Source: Candidatus Adlerbacteria bacterium (GTDB lineage Bacteria; Patescibacteriota; Minisyncoccia; Phycocordibacterales; SBAW01). Taken from it: a DNA stretch of 64,000 nt. The position numbers and the translations under genes were made by a program. Shown here one piece after another: positions 29,294-41,571 of the stretch (within the stretch, counting starts at the first letter, position 1; each line of letters begins with the position of its first letter). The notes below the pieces were generated by a model that searched no databases, was not told the origin of the DNA, and saw only the letters and a program-made list of their open reading frames with translations. The stretch lies in assembly GCA_903884345.1 (NCBI GenBank), contig CAISEE010000046.1, positions 3,830-67,829 on the forward strand, given 5' to 3'.

Positions 29294-29365
29294 GGGCGCA
29301 TAGCTCAGCGGTAGAGCAGCCGTCTTATACACGGCCGGTCGTAGGTTCGATCCCTACTGCGCCCA
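29294..29365 (+). tRNA. tRNA-Ile(TAT)
   Basis: GGGCGCA/TGCGCCC acceptor, stem GCCGT/ACGGC, loop CT-TAT-AC, GGTTCGATCC, A73; -10 TATAGT upstream. Confidence 0.9.
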
Positions 29366-29445
29366 CAAAGATTGCATGCCGCCGACGAATGCGGTATGGT
29401 CAGCCACAGAATAGTCTCCTCAACACACAGAATGGAAAGTTCCCG

Positions 29446-30468
29446 ATGTTGTACCGCCTCATTCTTCGCCCCATCCTCTTCTTGTTCGATGCGGAATGGG
29501 TGCACGACATGACGATCGCGCTCTGCGGCTGGCTCCAAAAAAGTCCCGGTGCGCTCCGCGTTCTTTCGTGGTACTTCCACCCCGTCTATGCACCGGTTGA
29601 GGTTATGGGAATCACATTGCCCAACCGAGTCATGCTCGCCGCCGGGTTCGACAAGGCCGGTAAGATTGCAAACATCATGCAAGCGCTTGGGCTTGGTAGT
29701 GGAGTCGTCGGGTCGGTACCACTGCGTGCCCAGCCCGGGAATCCAAAACCGCGACTGAAGCGCGTACCCAGACGGGACGATCTGCTCAATCACATGGGCT
29801 GCAACTCACCGGGCGCCTTTGCGGTGCGAGATAACCTCGAGGAAGCGAGACGAGGCGGGAGCATTCCCGTCGGCATCTCACTGACATGTAACACCGATAC
29901 CTTGCACGGGCAGGAGGCGACGAATCTGCTTGAGTCGCTCCGGATTCTCTATCTTCTGGGCGACTTCTTCGAAGTAAACATCAGTTGCCGCAACACGCCG
30001 GCGCACCGCTACCTGCAAAATCCGTTAGTTATTGAAAAGGTTTTGCGGGCGCTCGTCGAGCGTGAAAAGGAACTTGCTCACCGACACGGCGTGCAACATA
30101 AGCCCATCTTGCTCAAGCTCGCACCCGACCTTAGCGATGAGCAATTGCTCGATTGCGTTGAGGCGGCTGTACGCGCCGACATCGACGGAGTGGTACTGGG
30201 CAACACGTCGAAGAACCCCCACAGCGTCGACGCGGTGGGCGCACTAAGCGGGCACAGTCTCTTCGACCGCATGCTTGAGATGGTGCGCCTGGTCCACACA
30301 ACGTACCCGACACTCACGATCATTGCGTGCGGTGGCATCGACTCACCCGAGCGGGCAGAGCTGGCACTAGCTGCAGGCGCCGCCCTGGTGCAAATCTTCA
30401 CCGCGCTCGTGTACAAAGGCCCCGGCATCATCCGTCGCATCGCCCATCGCCTTGCACACTATCGCTAA
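29446..30468 (+). CDS. pyrD: Dihydroorotate dehydrogenase (class 2 architecture)
   Basis: LAAGFDK, QPGNPKPRL, KLAPDL, GGI, LVQIFTALVYKGP; promoter TTGCAT-17-TATGGT. Confidence 0.9.
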   Translation: MLYRLILRPILFLFDAEWVHDMTIALCGWLQKSPGALRVLSWYFHPVYAPVEVMGITLPNRVMLAAGFDKAGKIANIMQALGLGSGVVGSVPLRAQPGNPKPRLKRVPRRDDLLNHMGCNSPGAFAVRDNLEEARRGGSIPVGISLTCNTDTLHGQEATNLLESLRILYLLGDFFEVNISCRNTPAHRYLQNPLVIEKVLRALVEREKELAHRHGVQHKPILLKLAPDLSDEQLLDCVEAAVRADIDGVVLGNTSKNPHSVDAVGALSGHSLFDRMLEMVRLVHTTYPTLTIIACGGIDSPERAELALAAGAALVQIFTALVYKGPGIIRRIAHRLAHYR

Positions 30469-30530
30469 CGCGAAACCGCCGCTCCCTTCAACAAGGAGCG
30501 GCGGTCCTTCTTTTTCGTACAGACGAGCAA

Positions 30531-32480
<1,950 letters not shown>

Positions 32481-32564
32481 GAGAGTTACATAGTACCATT
32501 TTGACAAGTTCAGGACAAAAAAAGGCCGTTGCGGTATTGTACAGGTACGCAGTATATAAATAGT

Positions 32565-33008
32565 ATGAATTTGATCGAACACAAAAAGGCGCACCTCAAC
32601 TTCGAGCTCATCAAAGAGTTCGAGGCCGGGATCGAACTCTTGGGCCACGAGGTCAAAACCCTGCGCAGTCGCCACGGCAAGATCGAGGGCGCACACGTCA
32701 TCGTCCGCGGTGGCGAAGCCTTTTTGGTGGGCGCGTCGCTCCCACCCTACCAGCAGACCAACACCCCCGGCGACTACGACCCCGACCGCACGCGTCGCCT
32801 CTTGCTGACCAAGCAGGAGCTGGCTGAGTTGGCCGAATATGAACAGCAGAAGGGCTTGACAATCATCCCTATTTCTGTCTATAATAAAGGTGCGAAGTTG
32901 AAGGTACGCATCGCGGTCGCCCGCGGTCGTAAGAAGTTCGATAAGCGCGCGGTCCTCAAAGAACGCGATGTGAAACGAGAGATCGACCGCACCTTGAAAA
33001 ATCAATAA
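32565..33008 (+). CDS. smpB: SsrA-binding protein
   Basis: EAGIELLGHEVK, RTRRLLL, RGRKKFDKR. Confidence 0.97.
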   Translation: MNLIEHKKAHLNFELIKEFEAGIELLGHEVKTLRSRHGKIEGAHVIVRGGEAFLVGASLPPYQQTNTPGDYDPDRTRRLLLTKQELAELAEYEQQKGLTIIPISVYNKGAKLKVRIAVARGRKKFDKRAVLKERDVKREIDRTLKNQ

Positions 33009-33091
33009 CTGAATGAGTGTTCGAAAGTGGTTCAAAAAAACCACGCTCTAGCCCGGCATTACTCGGGCAGAGAATTTGACGAGTATTTGAC

Positions 33092-33289
33092 ATGAGTTCG
33101 ACACCGCGTACCAATGACTGCTCGGTAACTCCTCGTACCGAGACTGACGTCCTCTTGTGGACGGAAGCCTTCCTCGCCCTTGGGGTGCCCGCCGTCACCG
33201 CTGTGGTGATTCGCGCACAGGCCGGACGCTTCGGCATCCTGACCGTGATGGAGGAGGACAAACACCGAGGTCTATCCGTGATCCACTAA
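33092..33289 (+). CDS. Small hypothetical protein
   Basis: 65-aa ORF between smpB and ssrA; no motif. Confidence 0.35.
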   Translation: MSSTPRTNDCSVTPRTETDVLLWTEAFLALGVPAVTAVVIRAQAGRFGILTVMEEDKHRGLSVIH

Positions 33290-33399
33290 GCAGCCCCGGC
33301 GCACCGGCATGTACTCCTTACATCGCCGGTCGCCACCACTTTCGAGCACTCAGTCGCTGGCATTCATTTTGAGCGAATATCTTTCGATGTTCTTTCAGA

Positions 33400-33780
33400 G
33401 GGGATGCCAGGCATAGACAATGGGACAGTTCGTCGGATGCGCGAAGTAGAAGACCAGATCTTCTTAAAAAGCTGGAAAACCTACCTGCAGCCAAAACTGC
33501 ATCGCCGTATTTCGCGGCGAACGACTTCCAGTTCGCGCTCGCGCGAGCCTAACGTCGCACTCTCTCCTTCTCGCCTGAGGCTGGAGACCGGGTGTTATAT
33601 ATCAGGACTATAGTCGCGAATCGTCCGCCTTGCGACGCGACCGAACATTAGAGGCTGCAATCGACGCTAGTTTCGTTCGCTTCATATAGCGTCGGTTAAA
33701 GAAACAAAAAAGCGCGACTACACTCCGTAGAAGCTCCGATAGCTCCCCGTTGCACGCGGGTTCAACTCCCGCCATCTCCA
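33400..33780 (+). ncRNA. ssrA: tmRNA
   Basis: GGGGATG/CATCTCC-A acceptor with a G3.U pair, GGGTTCAACTCCC T-arm, tag frame GCA GCC AAA...GCC TAA at 33487-33552, next to smpB. Confidence 0.93.
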
Positions 33781-33895
33781 CTCGACTCGCCTGCCTTTAT
33801 GGCAGACTCGCTCGTGGCAAGCCACCGATTCGGAATAGCCGACTTGGTGGCTTTTCACGTTGGCGAATCGAGTGTCCCGAGCGAAGTCGAGGGAC
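33779..33895. repeat. Palindromic element between the tmRNA 3' end and the GIY-YIG gene
   Basis: CACTCGACTCGCC/GGCGAATCGAGTG inverted repeat, internal hairpins, then GTCCCGAGCGAAGTCGAGGGAC. Confidence 0.7.
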
Positions 33896-33929
33896 TTGAT
33901 TTGAATACTAGGCGCGCGAAAATAGAGAC

Positions 33930-34197
33930 ATGTATTTCGTGTACATGATCAAGAATGCGGCAGACGAACTGTATGTTGGCGTAACCGAAAACCCGCAGCA
34001 CAGACTCGCCTACCACAACGAAAAAACGCGGCGCACAGTATACGAAACACTCCTCGACCTACGCTATCGTATTTTTGGAAGAGCACTCTTCCCTCTCCGA
34101 CGCGCGTCAGCGTGAAATACAAATCAAGAAATGGCGGCGAGAAAAGAAAGAGGCGCTTATTGTTAGGTACGCAGCAGGTCTTGAAACTCGACAATAA
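33930..34197 (+). pseudogene. GIY-YIG nuclease (YhbQ/Slx1-like), frameshifted
   Basis: MYFVYMI...LYVGVT...RLAYHN. Removing one A from A6 (34021-34026) restores GAQYTK...ARQREIQIKKWRREKKEALI. Confidence 0.88.
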
Positions 34198-34458
34198 AGA
34201 AGCCCGCGGTTCCGATCACGCATTCGCCAAGAAACATTTGTTATAAACGAAACGGTTTGCGTGAAAAAAGTAGAAGTTGTATTCTTACCCATGGGTGGAC
34301 GGGGCAAGATCGCTACGACTCCTCGGAGTTTAAACATATAGCGCACTTCGTCCACCCACCTCGACGTGCCACCCGGCGCGTCGATTTTTTGTATTAGGTC
34401 GCTCGTACATTGACTTTGTGTGCTGTATATGCTATAATAACAATAGTAGGAGGTTCAC

Positions 34459-34863
34459 ATGGACTTTGAACTGGAGAACGTCGGCATCGGCCGTCATCCG
34501 CGATACATTATGACGATCGAGACCAAACGGTTTGGTCGGCATCGCTGGCAGCTCGACGACCTGGTGCCGCGGACTTTGATGAAGCAGGTATGCAACGGCT
34601 CGCACGCGATGTGGTGGCAAGATTCCGACGAGCATTTTTCAATCGAGGTGCCGAGCGAAGACGTCGCGCAGTTGCTCGCCGACGCCATCGAGTCATGGCT
34701 TGAGGCCCAGGTTGTTGCGGACGCGGAGTTCGACGCATCCGTGAAAGCGGCGCAGGAAGCGGAGGACGCACAATCGCATCAAACTTCATTGCGCAAACAC
34801 GTCTATGCCGCTCTCGCGGTAACGGCGTGCATCATCGCAGTATTTGCGCTGATTGTTTGGTGA
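34459..34863 (+). CDS. Orphan protein with a C-terminal TM
   Basis: TTGACT-17-TATAAT promoter, AGGAGG SD, T-run terminator. Confidence 0.75.
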   Translation: MDFELENVGIGRHPRYIMTIETKRFGRHRWQLDDLVPRTLMKQVCNGSHAMWWQDSDEHFSIEVPSEDVAQLLADAIESWLEAQVVADAEFDASVKAAQEAEDAQSHQTSLRKHVYAALAVTACIIAVFALIVW

Positions 34864-34942
34864 CGAATGTGGCAGACGCCGCGAAAGGGTTGGCACGAAT
34901 GACTTACCTCATTTCGGGCCAACCTTTTTTTATTCCCCGCCA

Positions 34943-35368
34943 CTACTCCCGTACGAAGTGGGTGGTCTCGTGGTAGGCGTCGTAATTTACCGTGAGCTCT
35001 TCGCCCGCTTTGATGTCGCGCAGCGCGACGAAAGTCTCGCCCCGGTCGTGCGTCACCATGTTGGGAGTCTTCGAGTGATTCAAAAAGTAATTTTTGGTAA
35101 GCGCGTCCATGCCGTAGCTGGGGACGTGGTAGACGCCATCTTGAAGTGCGCAGAAGTCGCGCACCAACTCTTTTGCCGCCTCGTCGCATGGGTACAAGTC
35201 GAGCTCCTCTTTTTTTATCTTGAGTAACGTGCCAAACGGGTCGGCATGTTCAAGCGGGTCGGTGCCCTGGGGTATGGTGCGGATGGCGACGAGCCCCACG
35301 CCGTGTGTCGTGACCCCGAGGCGGCAATAAATTTTCGTGAGTGATTCGAGGAATTCCTTCTTGCGCAT
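34943..35368 (-). CDS. SET domain protein
   Basis: HGVGLVA, YFLNHSKTPN, ALRDIKAGEELTVNY. Confidence 0.92.
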   Translation of the reverse strand: MRKKEFLESLTKIYCRLGVTTHGVGLVAIRTIPQGTDPLEHADPFGTLLKIKKEELDLYPCDEAAKELVRDFCALQDGVYHVPSYGMDALTKNYFLNHSKTPNMVTHDRGETFVALRDIKAGEELTVNYDAYHETTHFVRE

Positions 35369-35460
35369 GAAACTCTACTCTACCCCACCCACGGCCCCGC
35401 TACCAGATAGAAAAATCCCGGGGCCTGGTGGGGCCCCGGGACTAACGAACGAGCTCTGCG

Positions 35461-35595
35461 CTACTCGTTCGTCATGCCTTTCGTCACGAACGCATCGAAT
35501 TGATCGATCGAAAACTTGCCGAGAGTTCGCAGAGCACGTCCGCAACGGGACGCGATCGCAACAGACCGGTAGCACAACTTCTTCAACGTCAGCAT
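35461..35595 (-). CDS. 44-aa orphan small protein
   Basis: TTGACG-18-TAGTAT promoter, AAAGGA SD, MLTLKKLCYRSVAIASRCGRALRTLGKFSIDQFDAFVTKGMTNE, GC hairpin plus T5. Confidence 0.55.
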   Translation of the reverse strand: MLTLKKLCYRSVAIASRCGRALRTLGKFSIDQFDAFVTKGMTNE

Positions 35596-35747
35596 GGTGG
35601 AAATCCTTTCCAAAAGAGCCTGTCACCATGACAGACTCGTGAATGCCAACCGCAATACTACACTCATTGTTTACAGTACGTCAATAGCCCCACATAATTG
35701 ACAAACATGAAGATACGGTGTATTTATGACAGCGGAAGTTCACCAAT

Positions 35748-36154
35748 ATGTGTGTTTCGCGTGAATCCATCGAAAACTGGGATACGGTAGACATAATGTG
35801 CACAACAACGACCTACTTGCACCTCATCGCTCAAGACTCACCGAGTGATGTGCGACCGAAGAAAACTCCGAACACAGGACGAAAACAGAAACAGCTCGCG
35901 AAAACGAGAACTTATTGGCTCGAAGGAACCACGGTCGTACGTACGACCTCGAGAATATCGACCTCGTCGGTATTCATGCGCGGGTGTTCCCTTTGAAACC
36001 GCCGATTTCGCTGGCCTGCTCTGCGCCGGCATGCACATGCAGAAACAGGAAATTGCTTGCGATGGACAAGCTCAATCCTGATGAGACGAGACTGTTCTTG
36101 ATTGCCGTCGAGCACGCAATACGAGTGCGCGACGCGCAGAAAGCCGCCGCCTGA
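35748..36154 (+). other. Possible orphan gene split over two frames
   Basis: TTGACA promoter near 35698; overlapping ORFs 35748-35996 and 35915-36154; terminator near 36160-36195. Confidence 0.3.
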
Positions 36155-36249
36155 TTACCGGCCGCCCCACACTCTGGGGCGGTCTACTTTTTTATACCCA
36201 CTCCCCTTTCACCTCGTACACACGCGTGCTCGTGTATCCTTTGACGCCT

Positions 36250-36447
36250 ATGATGGAACTACAAAAGATGCAGAATCTGCTGGGGACGCTCAAGTACCCG
36301 CTGACCAAAGAGCAACTCCTGCAGGAGATTACCAACCATGGACTCTTGGAGTCGCTCCCACTCGTAAACAGCCTGCCCGATCAGCCGTTTACCAATGCGA
36401 ACGACATCCTATCCAAATTGAAAGACACAATGGGAGAGATGCATTAA
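36250..36447 (+). CDS. DUF2795-like small protein
   Basis: LKYPLTKEQLL...LPDQPFTNANDI. Confidence 0.75.
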   Translation: MMELQKMQNLLGTLKYPLTKEQLLQEITNHGLLESLPLVNSLPDQPFTNANDILSKLKDTMGEMH

Positions 36448-36592
36448 CCTCAATATCACGGGAGGCGTGGCATAACAAACCTTGGGTAGTTCTGCACCCA
36501 CGGTTCGCGAAGCGGCTCGGCAAGACGCGGCGTCGCGGCGACATGACAATAAAAAATGGTACGGTAAAACAAACGTAAGGGACAGTGTGGCG

Positions 36593-37438
36593 ATGTCGAA
36601 ATGGCTCACCGTTGATGTCGGGGAAGACGACGTCTCGATAAACGGCAACCCTATCAACTACAACGAGGAGATACAGTGCGGGTTCGGATTCGTCATATTC
36701 AGTCGGCGAAGCGGTGCTTTGGAGGTGACGAGGTATTCACGTGCGGGAAACGAAAAGTACCGCACCGAACTGCGCCGTCGCGGGAAGTGGCGAATCGGTT
36801 CGGATTGCGCGTACCGCATGATTTTGCCGCAGGAGGAATCAAACCTGGTGCGGCGACTCATTCGTCTGTCGTGCCTACCAATGGCGATACTCCACCCCCA
36901 CGAGTTCGGCGAGGAGGTGGTTCTTCACACGATGGACGTGGACAAGCGGCGGAGGCTGCTCGTCGACACTGACGAGTACATCCAGGGCCCCTATGCGGGC
37001 CCGTGGCCGGTCACTCTGTCGACGGCAAGCTACGCCATCGTGTCCGAACACTTCGACCGAGACGGCGCGAACACACGACCCCGCATAAGCGCCGTCCATG
37101 TGTGGGGAGAACCGAACACCACAATCATGAGAAGCATCATCGCAAAGCACCTCTTCGGTGAGGTGGCCAACCACGAGTACCTATGGGTCGCACACAACGA
37201 CTCTAACCGTCCCGAGGCCGAGGCCTGGGTCGCGCGATGGTTCGCGTTCGGCTCGGTGTCGAGCGACCCTCCCACGCGGCGCTTCATGACGATCAACGGG
37301 CAGATCGTCGCCGAGCATCAAAAACATCCGGACTGGATTCGGCGCGGACCCTTCCGCCTGCTCTCTGACCTTAACCGACGATATCCGGGGATTTTGCCCC
37401 ACGAGTTCGACACACCGAAAGGATACCGCAGACGATAA
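36593..37438 (+). CDS. Hypothetical protein
   Basis: Long ORF with AAGGGA SD; no recognised motif. Confidence 0.65.
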   Translation: MSKWLTVDVGEDDVSINGNPINYNEEIQCGFGFVIFSRRSGALEVTRYSRAGNEKYRTELRRRGKWRIGSDCAYRMILPQEESNLVRRLIRLSCLPMAILHPHEFGEEVVLHTMDVDKRRRLLVDTDEYIQGPYAGPWPVTLSTASYAIVSEHFDRDGANTRPRISAVHVWGEPNTTIMRSIIAKHLFGEVANHEYLWVAHNDSNRPEAEAWVARWFAFGSVSSDPPTRRFMTINGQIVAEHQKHPDWIRRGPFRLLSDLNRRYPGILPHEFDTPKGYRRR

Positions 37439-37521
37439 CCACTACGTTCATTCGCATATGTGCAACCGAAGCTTCGCGCGGCCTTCCGTGCGGAGCTTCT
37501 CTCGACTATACTTATCGCTGT

Positions 37522-38007
37522 ATGCAACTCTACCGGTGTAGCCCCATCGACAGCGAGGCAGGTTTGCGCGAGGCAATCGCCTACGTCGCCGACGCCTCAT
37601 CGCAGCTGTGCAAAAAAGTCACCGGCGAAGTTTTGCCCATCACGTCCCTCACCGTCTTTTCGCACTACCCAGCTGAGTTCGACTTTTTGAAATCGCTCCT
37701 GCCCACACTTGGCACCCTGGTCGGCGGCATCTTTGGCCCCCGCATCGTTTTAAACGAGCCGATTGTGGCTGGCCCGCACACCATCACCCACCTGCGCATC
37801 CGCGAGCCCGACCCCTACCGCGCACACGTCGGCAGCAACGACTACGACATCCCCGACTACACCGCGTTTAAAGAAACGTATCTTGCCGCGCATCCCGAGA
37901 ACCTGCGCATCATCCCGCGCGAGGGGTACGAATTGCTCGAGTTCTTCGACCCCGATTTCGACGTATTAGGCTACGTCCTCTCGGACCCGGCACGGTCGAA
38001 GAAATAG
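37522..38007 (+). CDS. Conserved hypothetical protein
   Basis: Genome-typical codon usage; -10 TATACT just upstream; LRIREPDPYRAHVG. Confidence 0.75.
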   Translation: MQLYRCSPIDSEAGLREAIAYVADASSQLCKKVTGEVLPITSLTVFSHYPAEFDFLKSLLPTLGTLVGGIFGPRIVLNEPIVAGPHTITHLRIREPDPYRAHVGSNDYDIPDYTAFKETYLAAHPENLRIIPREGYELLEFFDPDFDVLGYVLSDPARSKK

Positions 38008-38084
38008 TCACGAGGAGCGTTTGACAAATCGCATGTTTGGTGTATAGTCAGTAGCAGCCGCACACCAAATGAAAGAGGCAACGG

Positions 38085-38285
38085 ATGTCGATTTTCGTAA
38101 CCGACCAACAAGAGATTGATGCTGAAGACCCGAACGAGTACAACAACGCGCGCGGAGGCGACGCGCTGGCGAGCCTCGTGCTGTTTATGCTCTGCATCAT
38201 CGGGGGACTCTATTTCCTCGGGATGGGCATCATCTCGCTGTGTGAGCAGATGACGCCCGCGCTCTCGGTACTCAACGTGATATAA
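38085..38285 (+). CDS. Small single-TM orphan protein
   Basis: TTGACA-16-TATAGT promoter, AAGAGG SD, terminator near 38345-38380. Confidence 0.65.
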   Translation: MSIFVTDQQEIDAEDPNEYNNARGGDALASLVLFMLCIIGGLYFLGMGIISLCEQMTPALSVLNVI

Positions 38286-38476
38286 TGACTAAACGATCAC
38301 GGGCCCGTCCCTCCCCCGGACACAAACCTGTGGCAGAACAAACTCGGCGGCGCCCTTCGGGATGCCGCCTTTTTCTTTTTGTCGGCACAATGTTGACAGA
38401 AACGTATAATACGTGTCTTGTAAAAAATAGGTTCGCCGTCACGGAAAGCCGCAAAGTCTTCGAAAAGGTTCACACG

Positions 38477-38722
38477 ATGACATTCACTATTGCGTTGATA
38501 GTCCTCTTCGCAGCAGGCGTACTCTGCGCGAAGTTAAACTCCCGCGGTAACTATACGCTGAAAGAATCCGCGAGAACATGGATTCTTCCGCTGCTCCTCG
38601 GCATTGTATTCGGTATTGTGTATGGTTGGGCCTGGTCGCTGTTGGGCGCCGTCGTCCTCTTCGCTGGCTACGCCTCGTACTATATATTCATCGTTTGGCT
38701 GCTCCAAACGACACCCGAATAA
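38477..38722 (+). CDS. Small membrane protein
   Basis: AAGG SD; three hydrophobic segments. Confidence 0.65.
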   Translation: MTFTIALIVLFAAGVLCAKLNSRGNYTLKESARTWILPLLLGIVFGIVYGWAWSLLGAVVLFAGYASYYIFIVWLLQTTPE

Positions 38723-38766
38723 TGCTCGACCCGGCGGCGCCTAACAAGCGCCGCCGATTACTTTTT

Positions 38767-39597
38767 TTACTGTGCGTTCGCGTACGCCTCGAACCCGTGC
38801 ATCAATTTTTTCGTCACCTCGCCGACCGCGCCGGTGCCGATTTTTGTATCATCTATTTGAACGACGGGCACGATGTCTTTGAAGCTTGAGGTAAGAAAGG
38901 CTTCGTCGGCCTGGAGCATCTCGTCGACCGAGACGGGGCGCTCCTCGACCGTACCTGCCGCACGCGCCACTTCAAGCGCTACTTTGCGGGTGATGCCTTC
39001 GAGGATGCCGATGTTTGGCGTGATGACAATGCCGTCTTTGACGATGAAGAAGTTGCTGGTGGCGCACTCGTAGACCCCGCCGTCGTGGACGTAGAGGATT
39101 TCGAGCGCCTGCTTTTCTTTGCGCTGCCCCTGGAGCAACACCGCCTCGATGTAGTTGACGGTCTTGTAGCGCGGGAACTGTCGCTCGAACTCGGCGGTGA
39201 TGAGCGAGCAGCCGTCGGTAAAGTTACTCGCCTCGATCGGCTTAAACTCCTCGCACAATATATAGAAGGTGGGCGTGCCTCGGTCGTACTCGATGCCCGC
39301 CTGCGCCGTGCCGCCCGTCAGAATAATGCGGAAGATCGACTCTTTGAATCCGTTCTTGGCATGGAGGTCCTCAAGAATTTGCCCGAACACCTCGTCGGTG
39401 ACGGGAATTGTGAGCTGCATCTCCCGGGCCGACATGCGAAAGCGCGCCGTGTGATCGGCCAGACGGAAGGGTTTGCCGTTTTTGGTCGCCAGCGCCTCGT
39501 AGATGCCAAAGCCGCGCAAGAGACCGATATCGCACACCGAAACCTTCGCCTCCGAAACCGGGATAATGTCGCCGTTGAGATAGCAGTACGTAGTCAT
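38767..39597 (-). CDS. Class IV PLP aminotransferase (D-amino-acid/branched-chain type)
   Basis: GFGIYE, YKTVNY, ECATSNFF, ILEGITR, ADEAFLTSS. Confidence 0.93.
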   Translation of the reverse strand: MTTYCYLNGDIIPVSEAKVSVCDIGLLRGFGIYEALATKNGKPFRLADHTARFRMSAREMQLTIPVTDEVFGQILEDLHAKNGFKESIFRIILTGGTAQAGIEYDRGTPTFYILCEEFKPIEASNFTDGCSLITAEFERQFPRYKTVNYIEAVLLQGQRKEKQALEILYVHDGGVYECATSNFFIVKDGIVITPNIGILEGITRKVALEVARAAGTVEERPVSVDEMLQADEAFLTSSFKDIVPVVQIDDTKIGTGAVGEVTKKLMHGFEAYANAQ

Positions 39598-39647
39598 GGG
39601 GTTCATACTACCACCATCAAACCCACACTTCTATGCACCCTGCTGCA

Positions 39648-41468
<1,821 letters not shown>

Positions 41469-41571
41469 ACTAGTAACGTCGCCCCGCTGCTCCGCGGATT
41501 ATGTGGTTCATACCGTATTAACAAACACCAAGCCGGGTGAGTTTCAGATGATTCTATCGTATACTTTCAAC

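Noticed and set aside
32481-33044. 837-aa FtsH with a long N-terminal extension
   Set aside because: The extension is the antisense of smpB; the real start is ATG 32480 with a -10 just upstream.
33404-33613. 69-aa ORF
   Set aside because: It lies within the tmRNA gene.
34107-34355. 82-aa minus-strand ORF
   Set aside because: It overlaps the repaired GIY-YIG 3' end and has no motif or clear expression signals.
41469-41571. glmS ribozyme, or a Mn riboswitch for the NRAMP gene
   Set aside because: The spacer is about 100 nt, lacks the AGCGC...GACGAGG core, and NRAMP appears leaderless.
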